Below, piece after piece: positions 13,227 to 25,139 of a stretch of 64,000 nucleotides of DNA. Below the pieces are notes generated by a model, which saw nothing but the letters and a program-made list of their open reading frames with translations, made no database searches and was not told the DNA's origin. Numbering within the stretch: the stretch's first letter is position 1; each line of letters starts with the position of its first letter. Where the stretch lies: NCBI RefSeq assembly GCF_001194135.2, contig NC_068994.1, positions 35,130,811 to 35,194,810 on the forward strand, written 5' to 3'. A program made the position numbers and the translations under genes. Origin of the DNA: Octopus bimaculoides (Eukaryota).

Positions 13227-13238
13227 TGCCCCAGGAAA
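13227..13238 (-). CDS. Pcdh: Candidate 12-nt frame-preserving microexon (TTTCCTGGGGCA)
   Basis: Flanked by TTTATTTCTGTGTAG| and |GTAAGG. Lies between two phase-1 junctions. Confidence 0.4.
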
Positions 13239-13391
13239 CTACACAGAAATAAATATATATAGACGAATAAATAGATAGATAGATAAATAAGGTGATGCCA
13301 TCTCTTAAATGAAAATATCCTTGATATTTTGTTAAGAGCTGACTGTAAGGTGTAAGGCAGTGCTATTAGAGGTTATTGGCAAAATGTTTAC

Positions 13392-13545
13392 CTGGTAATA
13401 TCTCATAGTGAGTGGTGCTGGCTTCACTCCAGCCTTGTCCACTGTCACTAAGAGAAGACATGGTTGACATCTCATTGAAGTGATCCACTGGTCTAAGCAT
13501 GTGTTGCTCTTCTTTACTGATCTCAATAACACCTTGGAGACTTCC
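13392..13545 (-). CDS. Pcdh: Protocadherin cytoplasmic exon, 154 nt (GSLQGVIEISKEEQHMLRPVDHFNEMSTMSSLSDSGQGWSEASTTHYEILP)
   Basis: Acceptor TCTGTCTTTCACCATTGACAG| (phase 0, matching the donor at 43198), donor CAG|GTAAAC (phase 1). Encodes S-x-x-D-S-G-x-G-x-S, resembling the DSG-x-G-x-S core of protocadherin cytoplasmic tails. Confidence 0.88.
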
Positions 13546-13874
13546 CTGTCAATGGTGAAAGACAGAATGAGTTCAAGTTGTAGTACATTTCGAAATTTAC
13601 ATGTACACTTTAGTAGTACATATATAAATACACACACACACACATACACACATGCGCACACATCTATATATGATGCCCTAGCGTGGCCACAGCCTTTAGG
13701 CTGAAATGCATAAAAAGAATAAAAAACATAGATAAATATGTGTGTGTATGTATTTATGTACACATATAGTTACACACATATATACATATCTAAATTTACA
13801 TATGTGCATACACACACACACATACGCACACACACATATACATATATGTGTATACATCTTTATCTTTAGAAGGC

Positions 13875-14290
13875 ATAATACACTTGATATAAGCAGTTTA
13901 TTTAGTAGGGATTATAATTCACCTTAGGCATTATATTAAGTAAGGATAGAAAATAAACATAACAGGAGCAGTTTATTAAGTAGGAATAATAAAATACTTA
14001 ATATGAGCATTTTATTACGTAGTAATATTGATACACATAACATGCATAACCTGAGTAGTTTATTAAGTAGGGCGTATAATAATACATATAATATGAGTAG
14101 CTATTGAGAAGAAATGATAACACACTTAATACAGAACATCAGTTTATTAATTAGGGATAATAATAATAATAATAATAATAATAGACATAATATAAGCAGT
14201 TTATTAACTGGGCAAAGTAATACATTTAACGTGAGGAGATTATTAAGCAGGAACAATACTATAATTTTTATGAGCAGTTTGTTATAATTG
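13875..14290. repeat. Degenerate ~40-bp minisatellite, about 10 units (ATAATACACTTAATATGAGCAGTTTATTAAGTAGGG-like)
   Basis: Core GCAGTTTATTAAGTAGG recurs at ~13893, 13928, 13968, 14007, 14055, 14097, 14139, 14196, 14235 and 14274. Confidence 0.8.
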
Positions 14291-14483
14291 TGTATTAAAT
14301 GAAAAATGATTCTGAAAAATATTATAAAACACTTTATGAGTTTTAGGGTCCCTAGAGAATGTTACATCAACATGTAGAGTGTTATGGAGCAAAAGTCTAC
14401 CCCTTTTTAACCTACTGAGTAAGGTCCAACAATTACAGATACAATCATCATCATCATCATCATCACCACCAGTAGCAACAATA

Positions 14484-14704
14484 ACAATATTCTTTTCTAC
14501 TCTAGGTACAAGGCCCGAAATTTTGGGGGAGGGGGCCAGCCAATTAGATCGACTTCAGTATGCAACTGGTACTTAATTTATCAACCCCGAAAGGATGAAA
14601 GGTAAAGTTGACCTCAGCGGAATTTGAACTCAGAATGTAAAGACAGATGAAATACTCCTAAGCATTTCGCCCAGCGTACTAACATTTCTGCCAGCTCGCT
14701 GCCT
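14484..14704 (-). mobile_element. tRNA-derived SINE, family B, near full length
   Basis: Minus strand reads GGCAGCGAGCTGGCAGAAATGTTAG...TGAGTTCAAATTCCGCTGAGGTCAACTTTACCTTTCATCCTTTCGGGGTTGATAAATTAAGTACC. Similar copies lie near 5900, 25420, 26303, 27850, 29270, 29501, 32455, 35400, 36340, 36600, 51305 (all minus) and 61310 (plus). Confidence 0.85.
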
Positions 14705-15362
14705 TCACGGCCTCAATAATATTGCTGTTAGTACTATTATTGTTATTGTATTTTTGGTATGTCTTAGGATCATCCCAAGAAAACTGATTTACTACAAAGT
14801 TTGACAAGATGGGAATTTTTCTTTTTTGAATATTTCATGAATAAGGAACCTTTGAATGTGAGTCTGCTCAACTAGTGCTAACCTTTGGCTAAGAAACAAC
14901 AACTAATAGACAAATTTTAATAATAGAAATGAAAACAAGCACAGAAGACTAAACTAAAACATAATGAATAAAAGGCAAGGTCCAAAGAAATTAATGATGA
15001 TTTATGTCAAAAGTTATTTTGACAATTTTAGTTGAAAAATCAAATTTATAAAGTTGGAAAGCTTAATGTAAAATTTAAAAAAACAAGTCAAACATTTTTA
15101 ATATATAAAGGTGGTGCCCCAGCACAGTCATAGCTTCTGGCTAAAATCCATCATAGGATATCAAATCCATGCAAGCATGGAAAAGCAGCAGTACAATGAT
15201 GATGGTGATAATGATTCACATCACTGCTTCTCAGAATTTCTTACCAAGTGCAATTCATTCAGAGTGGTTTAAAAGTTTTAAGTGAATAAATAAATTCTAC
15301 ATGTATTGAGCACTCTGTCTCCCATGTGTGACTATGTATATGTGTTTGTTCATATATACACT

Positions 15363-15427
<65 letters not shown>

Positions 15428-15792
15428 CATTACTGATATGTTTGCTTAGACACACACTCTAGATTTCTGCATCTATATTTAAGATAAAAGAATTTGTTGA
15501 CCTTGTACTCTGCCATCAGAACCAAAATGTTAGAGGCCAATAAATATATTCTTTGAATTTGTAACAAACTATATTATTGTAGATTTTTGTCTTACAATTG
15601 ACAATAAAAATCTAATTACATGCATACCCTGCAGTAAGGGGGAGAGAGAGAGAGAGAGAGAAGAGGTGATTGAGCAATATACAGCAATCTATTGATTTGG
15701 TTGGTTATATATAACAATCAACTTTATTGGAGATTTTTGTCTTGCAGCCTTAGAGCTTAAAATACAAACTGGTTATCTATACATGCATATAT

Positions 15793-15825
<33 letters not shown>

Positions 15826-15931
15826 CATACACACACACACACACATTTGTAAACACATGCACATTCATATATGCATACATATACATATATATTCATATAA
15901 ATACATATATTCATGGATATATATATACATT

Positions 15932-16032
15932 TGGAGCCTGGTGTTGCCATCCGGTTTCACCAGTCCTCAGTCAAATCGTCCAACCCATGCTAGCATGGAA
16001 GGCGGACGTTAAACGATGATGATGATGATGAT
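15932..16032 (+). mobile_element. Young 5'-truncated retroposon tail with (GAT)n
   Basis: Differs at about one base from the reverse complement of 4781-4885. Confidence 0.8.
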
Positions 16033-16108
16033 ATAGTTAAATATATCAATGAAAATCTATATGCATAAATATCTATATTCATTTTATATGTATATATAAA
16101 TAGATGCA

Positions 16109-16155
<47 letters not shown>

Positions 16156-16218
16156 GCACAAATATATATACATAGCTATACATATCAATGGAAATTTATA
16201 TACATAAATATTTATATG

Positions 16219-16344
<126 letters not shown>

Positions 16345-16864
16345 AATACATGTATACATATAGTTACAGATACTAATGAAAATTGGTATAGAGAGAGGGG
16401 GATAGAGTGAGAGAGTGGGTGATTTGAATGTATACATGTATATGTGTGGTTGATTAATAACAATAAACACAATAAATATATTTTTTTTTTTACAAAATCT
16501 GAAATATGCTCGTTCAAAGAAAAGATGTAGTAATTCTCAATAAATCTTGCAATCTAACAGTATTCTATTATATTTTAGCTAGATACGTATGATTTAACAT
16601 CTTTAAACAAATGTTTATAAACTTTGTGTGTGGTAAGTAAAATAAATATTCTCTGTTTGGTTTCTACATTGATAATAGGTCCTGAGCTCTCAAACATCAG
16701 TGAGTGGGGTGTTACCAATATTTAGGAAAACAAGCTAACAATATTTCTACCAATATACATATCTTCAATTGATTATATTCAATTGAAATATTGATTTCAA
16801 CTACATTAGGAAGGTTAAATGGATCTAAAGCAATAATGCATAGTGCATGTGTGTACATATGTGT

Positions 16865-16926
<62 letters not shown>

Positions 16927-17829
16927 CAAGGTGGTATCAAAAATTCTCAGATTAGTTCTGTATCACAGCAACAGATGGCAGCACACAGTTTGCACAGTTA
17001 GAGCTAGCAGTGACTTTCATGAGGTAGTGTGCCGACTGACATCGCTGTGTCTACTTTGCAAGTTATGTGGTTTGTGTTTTTGTGATTGTGTGTATGCTGC
17101 AGTCTGCGATCTTGTCATGGGCTGGAAGCTGGAACAAAGAGCCAACATAAAATTTTGCATTAAACTTGGGAAGTTTGCTACAGAAACATCGCACAAGCTT
17201 TGGCAAGCTTATGACAATGAGGCAATGGGTCATTGCAATGTTTCAAGTGGCACAGGCACTTCAAACATAGAAGAATGTCCTGAGAAGACAATGAGCAATC
17301 TGGAAGACCTGCCACAAGCATCACCCCTGGAAACGTGGAAAAATTTCATTGGTTTGTGCATGAGGATTGTTGGAGGACAATCAATGATGTTTTGAAGTGT
17401 TTGAGGGAGAATGTTTGGTGAAAGTGACTGGATCTATGAAGCACAAAGAATTGGACTCTTCACATCAACTGCACCCTGTCACTGGGCTCTTCTCACTTGG
17501 GATTTCTTGTCAAAAGCAACATGGTATCGCTTCTGCACCCAGTGCCTTTCTCAGATTTTGCACTTGCAGACTTCTATCTCTTCCCTAAGATGAAAATGCA
17601 GCTCAAAGGTTGCTGTTTTAACACCATTGTCAAGATCAAGAGCAAATCGCAGGCCCTCAACTTGCTTACGGAAAACAACTTCCTGAACGGATTCCAGAAG
17701 TGGCAGGAATACTGGGATCGGTGTATTGCTGTGCAAGGTGGCTATTTCAAAGGAGAATGTTAAAACTTAAGTAAATAAATAATCTTTTATTAAACATAAC
17801 TAGCGTGGGAACTTTTTGATACCATCATC
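16927..17829 (+). mobile_element. Internally deleted mariner (DD34D-type) transposon
   Basis: TIR TA-CAAGGTGGTATCAAAAATTCTCAGATTAGTT, with inverted copy AACTAGCGTGGGAACTTTTTGATACCA at ~17798-17824. N-terminus EQRANIKFCIKLGKFATET from ATG 17117. C-terminus HPVPFSDFALADFYLFPKMK...WDRCIAVQGGYF (degenerate YSPDLAPxD). Frameshifted, with the central catalytic part missing. Confidence 0.92.
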
Positions 17830-18891
17830 ATCATTGTGTGTGGATACACATATAATCAACACCATTGAAACATCTATTTCCATGCTGGATTAGGTTGAAA
17901 GGTTCAACAGGTTCCAATGGGACTGAGGGCTACATCCAGTGCTCCAGTGTCTGCTTTGACATGGTTTCTATGGCTGCTTTTATCACATCACCAGCACTAG
18001 TGAAATCACCATGCACAACAAGAAACCCTGAGAGGGAAACTTAATGCTTGAAAATGAGGAGAACAGAGGTGTAAAATACAAGAGAAAAGGGCTGGAGCAG
18101 AACAGGTTTCTTGCTGTAGAGGAGCTACATGACTACTCACTTTTTAGAAGAGGAGTTGGGAGTGATTTGGTTGAGATGGGAAGTGATGACACTTGCCTAA
18201 GGTATCTTGCCGAAGGTATCATGGAACCAGTTTAGCTCACATCCACATGGTTCCAGGTTATGTCCTATTGTCATCCCACTGTAAGGCACATTGGTGTCTT
18301 ATATTTTAGCCCTGGGCCAAGTAAAGTTTTATGAGTGGATATGGTAGACAGAAACTGAAAGAAGCCTGATATATATGTGTATATATATATATAAATATAC
18401 ATGCATAAGTGTGTCTTTGTGTTTGCTCCACATCACTCGTTGGCAGCAGGTTTTGATTTGTTTACATTCCGGTAACATAGCAGTTCAGCAAAAAGACCAA
18501 ACAGAATATCAGGTCTAAAATAATAAGTACCGGAGTTGACTAAAACCCCAGCATGTCCACAGTCTCCTGAATAAAACAAGTAAAAGCTAAAAGATATATA
18601 TATCTTCCATGCCAGTATCTGTCACATCATCATTTTCCATAGGTTTAATGGAACTGTTTCTGAATAGAGTTTCACAAGCTTGTTGTTATTCTCCATCTGT
18701 TTTGTGAGGACTAGTATTGTGAAGTCAGCCTTCAGCACTTTTACAGCTTAATGACCGAAAGTCTACTGACCACAAAACAAAATTTATTTCAAAACAGTTC
18801 ACCTTGTTTATATATAAGAAAGGATCATCTGGTTACTTCTCATTAAGGAAATTAACATCTATGAATTTGTTTGTGTGTATGTGGAGGAAAT

Positions 18892-18994
<103 letters not shown>

Positions 18995-19356
18995 TGTAGT
19001 CATTAAAATGAAACTCTACTCTCCTACATAATTACAGGCTCCAAAATGACCTGTGTAATCAGTACTTCATTAATATTGTAGGATACTATCAGTCTAATAT
19101 GTAAAAGATATGTTTTTTAATACACATACAGGCATACATATATAAGTGTATATGTGAAGTTGTATCAATGTGTATGCATATATGTAATTGTGTGGGTGGA
19201 ATGTTTCTCTTTACTTTATGAATTATAAATGTTCTCGCTTGATGATTGCACTAGACCTTGTTAGAGAATAAGAAATTAGACATATAGATATTTTGTTTGT
19301 GGGTGTGTGTATTTGTGTAGCTATGTAAGTATTTAAGTATATGTATGCCTATGCAT

Positions 19357-19422
<66 letters not shown>

Positions 19423-20529
19423 CATTCCATTATATTGTATGTCTACAGAACCATATTCAGTCCACATCCCATCAATTCTAAGCTTGATTATGTCTCCAAT
19501 GTTTCTATTTCTGTACATTTTAAAACTCCTTACTGTTTACCTATTATCTCTAATCCATACACCCAGACAGATGACACCATCCTTCCTTTCTCATCATCCT
19601 TCCACATGGAATAATTCACATCAAATGAACCAATGAGAGTGGGTGAGTGAGAGAGAGAGAGCATTAAATGGTCAAAAGACCTGTTAGTAATACTAGCCAA
19701 ATTTTTCGCAAATCATGCCCTACCAAAATAAATGGAATAGTCATAGTTGGAAAGCTTCATCAAAAATCAGCTTGATCAGAAGAGACCCGGAGTAAAAGAA
19801 ACTGCACATTAGATTTGATGTATTTGCATAAACAGAGGTACTGAAAATGTCTGCAATGAAGGCATGAAAAACTAGTCTCTTGCAACAGCACCAATGTGTA
19901 GTCCCTATAGCAAAACTATTCCAACACAGGTAAAACTATTCTATAAGTTACAATTTACCTCAATGATCTGAAATAAAAAATATTCAACACTGAACAGTTA
20001 CTCATCTTTATAAAGTATAAACATAACTCAAATACTAGGGAGTATGCAGCTGTTACTCATACAGATCTCTTAGACAATATTTAAAAATCCGAAAACTAAA
20101 AACATTCTCTCAGGCTGATTAGAGAAGATTAACAAAAGTTCATTCACAGAATCACTACAACCACTACCCTATATCTATACCAAATTCTCCCATAATCTGC
20201 TATTTCTTTTGTAACAGCTTTAGGAATTTTGTATGAAATTAAAGAACCCACCCACCCTTTTTGATTCTCTAACTTTATTTTCTATCTTTTAATCACTTTG
20301 TTCCCTCACATCTCTTCCTCTCTTTCCATCTGAGGAAGCAACCCACCTCCTCTTCAGTAAGACACATTTAATCTCTCAACACCTGGCATAAATCCATCTC
20401 CCTCAAAAGTATATCTAAACTCAATTGAAGGCCTCTTGTCTTGCAAGTTACTTGGTGACTTCACTAGTGCCAGTGCCACAAAGGCACCCTCTGCCAAAAA
20501 CACTCTGGAAAGTGGATGGCATTAGGAAA

Positions 20530-21030
20530 AATATGACTGGGTTCTCCTGCTTGTATGGCATGGTGCAGAGTCCTGTTACTAGACGTAGGGTCTTCTAGCA
20601 GCCACCCTCTTGACCCAGGGCAGCACTACCTCTTCCAGGCACTTGATGTAGGCCTCTGTGTTGAGTCTGAGGCTGTGTGGGAAGATAAATAGAGGCATAA
20701 CATTGCCATCACTAGTGATCATTCCAAACACCATGATGTTGACTGGATGTTTGATTTTTATCACTCTCGTCATTTGTCCTCAGATTGACACCCTAAACAC
20801 TCGGAAATCTTTGTACTGGAGCTTCCGGCATGAATGCTAAGCAGCACAGTATGTTGTTTCAAAATTTCTGGCAGAGTGAATGCGTCATGGTGCTGTTTTT
20901 TTCACAGGTGCCCAACTGACCCTACCATATTGTGTAGTCAACAAAATCAAAAACAAACAATGCACATGCACGAAATCAAAAATATAAAATGGCAACAATT
21001 TACCAATCACACACTTTTACATATATATAT
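20530..21030 (-). mobile_element. Tc1/mariner-superfamily transposase fragment with one end
   Basis: KHPVNIMVFGMITSDGNVMPLFIFP...LPWVKRVAARRPYV**QDSAPCHTSRRTQ contains the QDxAPxH second-Asp motif. In-frame stops present. Confidence 0.8.
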
Positions 21031-22323
21031 ATTGTGATATCATGGTTTCTGTAACACACACATGTATAAAACGTGCATGAAATGACTTTGTGGCCAAACA
21101 AATGGTAATATAAAGGAATAAACTTTGTATGTGGCCCCTGTAAGTTGAACCTTGTATGCTTTGGTTAATGCTCAAATCCATCAGAAATATCCAACTAGCT
21201 AGTCATTGTTTCTTTGTCTTATTAAATATAATGATTACGATAAATTTGATTTAATCTCCACTGGTCGTTTTTTTTTTTCCCACCCTTTTTTCTTTTCTTG
21301 TGCTGCGATTCAGTATACAAGAGGCACTCATTCTAACTACATTATTTCAAACCCTTTTTTCATTTCCCCTTTGGATAACAAAATAAGTAAATTGCAGCAG
21401 GAGACAGAGAGGAGATAAATGGTGGTGGGGGGTAGAGGAAAAAAGATGGTGGGGTGTTGGGGGGTAATATTTCATGTCCATGCAACAAGATTAGAATGAG
21501 GAAGGCAGTAAATCTGAATGATGATAATGATAGAAAGGAAGAAAGCGATGATGATTATGATGATGCAATGCTGCTACTGTCAATGATGACGACTATGACA
21601 ACAATAATGGCAACAGTAAAGCATAATGGTGGTATTGATAATAATGAGGCATATTTCTAACAATGATGATGATGATGATGATGATGGATCTAGCAAGAAT
21701 AATGAAAAGATGGGGTAAAACACAAGTGGTAACTTTCAACTGTCATGTTCTGTTTGTCTATCCATCTGCATTAATGTTCGTTTTTATGTTCAGTTATAAT
21801 AAAAACAATTTTACATTAATCTAATGGGTTGCTCTATGCTGTTATAGTCCAACAGTGGCTTAGCTGGTCAAAACTTTGTAGTCACTGTCAACAACATTCT
21901 TCTCTAAGAATAATTTCACTCTCTCTCTCTTCCTCCCTCCCTCTCGTGTGTGTGTGTGTGTGTGTGTATGAGTATTTGGAGTGGCAGTAAAAATATCAAC
22001 ACTCCAGCTAGAAAGCTAGTCATTGCAAGGAGGGAAAGAAAAGGCCCAAGTACAGCTGCAATGGTTTACTTTCAGCAGCACATAAATGAAGTTGGAAGCT
22101 TGTCGAAACCAGACACTGGTTCCTTAGACAAAGTAGCTAATCGTATTCAATTTAACTCAGCCCTGTTTGGAGAGGACTGCCACAAGAATGAATGGAGAAA
22201 CAGGTGTTTCCCACTGGAGGTTTACAGTTGAGGATTCTCAGGTCATTCTCTAAGTAAGGCATATGGAGAAAAAGGAGACCCATCAATGTCAATATAGGGG
22301 CTGGACTGCTGAGAATGCATCTA

Positions 22324-22544
22324 CGAAGGGATGCTGAAAAGTTCCTGGCTTTTAGAGTATCAGAAAATGCCTAGTTGGAGGCCCAACTTTCCAAGATTTT
22401 TTACAGGGCTTAGAAAAACTGAAAGACCACTGCAATAAGAATGTGAATATGAGCGGGAAATATGTTGGATAAAATCTTAATAAACTGATCCACTTGTATT
22501 TTTTTTTTTTAATCCAGAGCCAGAAACTTTTCAGAACCCCCTTG
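22324..22544 (+). mobile_element. Mariner-derived MITE (~220 bp)
   Basis: TA|CGAAGGGATGCTGAAAAGTTCCTGGCT...AGCCAGAAACTTTTCAGAACCCCCTTG|TA gives inverted ends flanked by TA. Internal KLKDHCNKNVNMSGKYVG* resembles a transposase C-terminus. Confidence 0.85.
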
Positions 22545-22929
22545 TAGAATGCATTGGCTGAAAGGAGGTGATCAGTGGAGTTAAGAGAATGCTGCTAGTA
22601 CACAGGCCTAGATTTAATTGACTAATGACAGGTCACCTAGATGAGGCTGTATTTCTCAAGATCTGAAACACTGTGAGTCCAGCATACACTACTGACATAT
22701 CAAATCAATTCATTTATAGATGTATGTAGAACTATATGTGTGTGTATGTGTACATATGCATGTTTGAATGTGAAATGTATATATTATAGGCAAGGCATGG
22801 TTGTCTGGTTAAAGTGTTTGCCACCTATCCACATGGTTTCAGATTCAGTGTAGCACCTTGGGCAAGTGTCTTCTGATTGACCTAAGCCTTGTAAGTGAAT
22901 CTGATAGGCAGAAACTGAAAGAGGCTCAT

Positions 22930-22969
<40 letters not shown>

Positions 22970-23029
22970 CACGCGTGCATGCGCATGTGTGTATTTGTGT
23001 CCCCATGTCTATTATTATTATTATTACTA

Positions 23030-23510
23030 TTATGGCTGGGTTCCAACCTGATCCACAACAACAAAGTCCACCTGCCACGCCTCTTGGTCCATTGTCACTG
23101 CCTCGAGGTCCTAGATACATTCCAGACCAGTGTCTGTAATCAAGTTGTTGATGTAAGTGTAATGACATTTTCCTCTTCCTACATCACCATGAAATGGGTT
23201 CCACAAGGTTAATTTGGATGCTTCCATCTCGGTGACACACACAGTGGCCAGATAGTCGCAGCCATCTTTGCCTGATCTCCTCAGTAACTTTTGTCAGGCA
23301 TTATTGCATGATTGCTGTAAACAAATGTCACTGCGGGTGCTATTTACACTCAGGTACTACTGACTCACACTTCCCAACTTCTTTTGCTATCCATAGTATG
23401 ACTGTAGCTTCAGAAGTTGCGCAAAGCCTTACACACAATCCTTCCTTCCCTTACCATGTCTTTCCCACAGCCATCAAATCACAACTGTTAAATAGGTATC
23501 ATATTTGATT
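23030..23510 (-). mobile_element. RTE-type LINE C-terminal fragment
   Basis: RQRWLRLSGHCVCH and LWNPFHGDVGRGK...YINNLITDTGLE match RTE C-terminal motifs. Confidence 0.75.
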
Positions 23511-25075
23511 GCATAAATGATGCATATTTTTTCCAAAATAAGAAAAAAAAGAGAGTCTCAAAAAGTCCCCTGGATCTCTTATATGTGAAGTTAGGCCTAT
23601 GTTACATACTTTAAAAACATTTTTTGAAAACGTTTTTTTTCTGAATATGTGCTACTGAAATTGAGGTGCATCTAATATGCCTATGTGTCTTTTATGTCAT
23701 CAAATGCAGTACATTAACTGCATCACTCTCACTGGTCAGAGAGAACCTACAAAAGCTATGGTTACAAGCTCTACCTCCAGTCCAATAAAAGAAATATAAA
23801 AGAAAGAAACTTTGTTCATTGAATTGACAGATTTTAATTAAATATTCCATACATATTCAACATTCAGAAAAATATACCTTTGTATGCCAGAAGGAAGAAA
23901 TATTTTCTGTATATATAGTATTTTATTGCATTGTCATGTTGTAGATTTACACATTCATGCATCCATTCAGAAACCCACATACACAAACATAGAGAGAGAA
24001 ATAAATAAATCTAAACATGCTAATACATACAAATATTAACACACAAACACACACCTAGGTGCCATATATGAATGCATGAAAGTATACGTACAGACACTCA
24101 TAGATGTCTTTATGCAAATGTGCACATACATGCATGCATAAACACGACACCATGTACACATGTATACTAAGACATTTTTGTAGCTGAGCCAATGAAAAAT
24201 CTCTGCATGGATTAGTTCTCTTGCTAAAAATAGTAACCAAATCTTCCTGAAATATATGTATTGTGAAATAAATGGAACACATTAGGTAATATGATCCTAT
24301 AGCTACAATATCTGAAAATATGACACAACAGTCATGGGTGGAATATCTTTGATTACAGTTCTACTCATTTACAGCTGTAAGGCCTCTGTCAGTCAATGTT
24401 GTCTATGCATCTGCACATGTATCTTTTATCTTTTACTTGCTTCAATCATTGAACAGTGGCCATACTGGGGCACCACCTTCGAGGGTTTTAGTTGAACAGA
24501 TTAAAGCCCAGTATTCAATTTTTTTTTATTAAATCTGGTACATATCCTTTTCGTTTCCTTTGCCAAACCACTAAGTCACAGGAACATAAACAAACCAACA
24601 CTGGTTGCCAAGCAGCAGTGCAGAGAGCATTCACAGACACAAAGACTTCCACATATCAACATATATACACACACATACACCTACCCCCACTCTCACACCC
24701 CACACCAAATCACTCCACACACTCTAGCACTGACCACTTCCCAGTACCCAAACCACACACCATCATCCACACATTCACACACATCAGAGTCACTAGCCCC
24801 TATTCATGCACACTATTCTCATATACACACACATGCACACCTTCACTTGGGATCACTAGCACTTTATTATCTCCCTTTCTTTCAACCTCTTCTTTCAAAC
24901 TTTTTTCTAATCATTCAACAAGTTTTTTCATTTTTGCTCTGTTTATTTTCTCTTATTCCTTTCTGTTGAAGAGTGTAGGCTTGAAATATAAAAGACTTTC
25001 ATTTTCTCAAACTAATACACCTACCTGTTGTTCATATACCTGTCTTCGTCTTTTATCTTTCTATAAATTTCAACG

Positions 25076-25139
<64 letters not shown>

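Noticed and set aside
13332-13763. 143-aa minus-strand ORF from the track
   Set aside because: It starts in microsatellite and overlaps the real exon in the wrong frame. The splice-defined frame gives the SDSGQGWSE motif.
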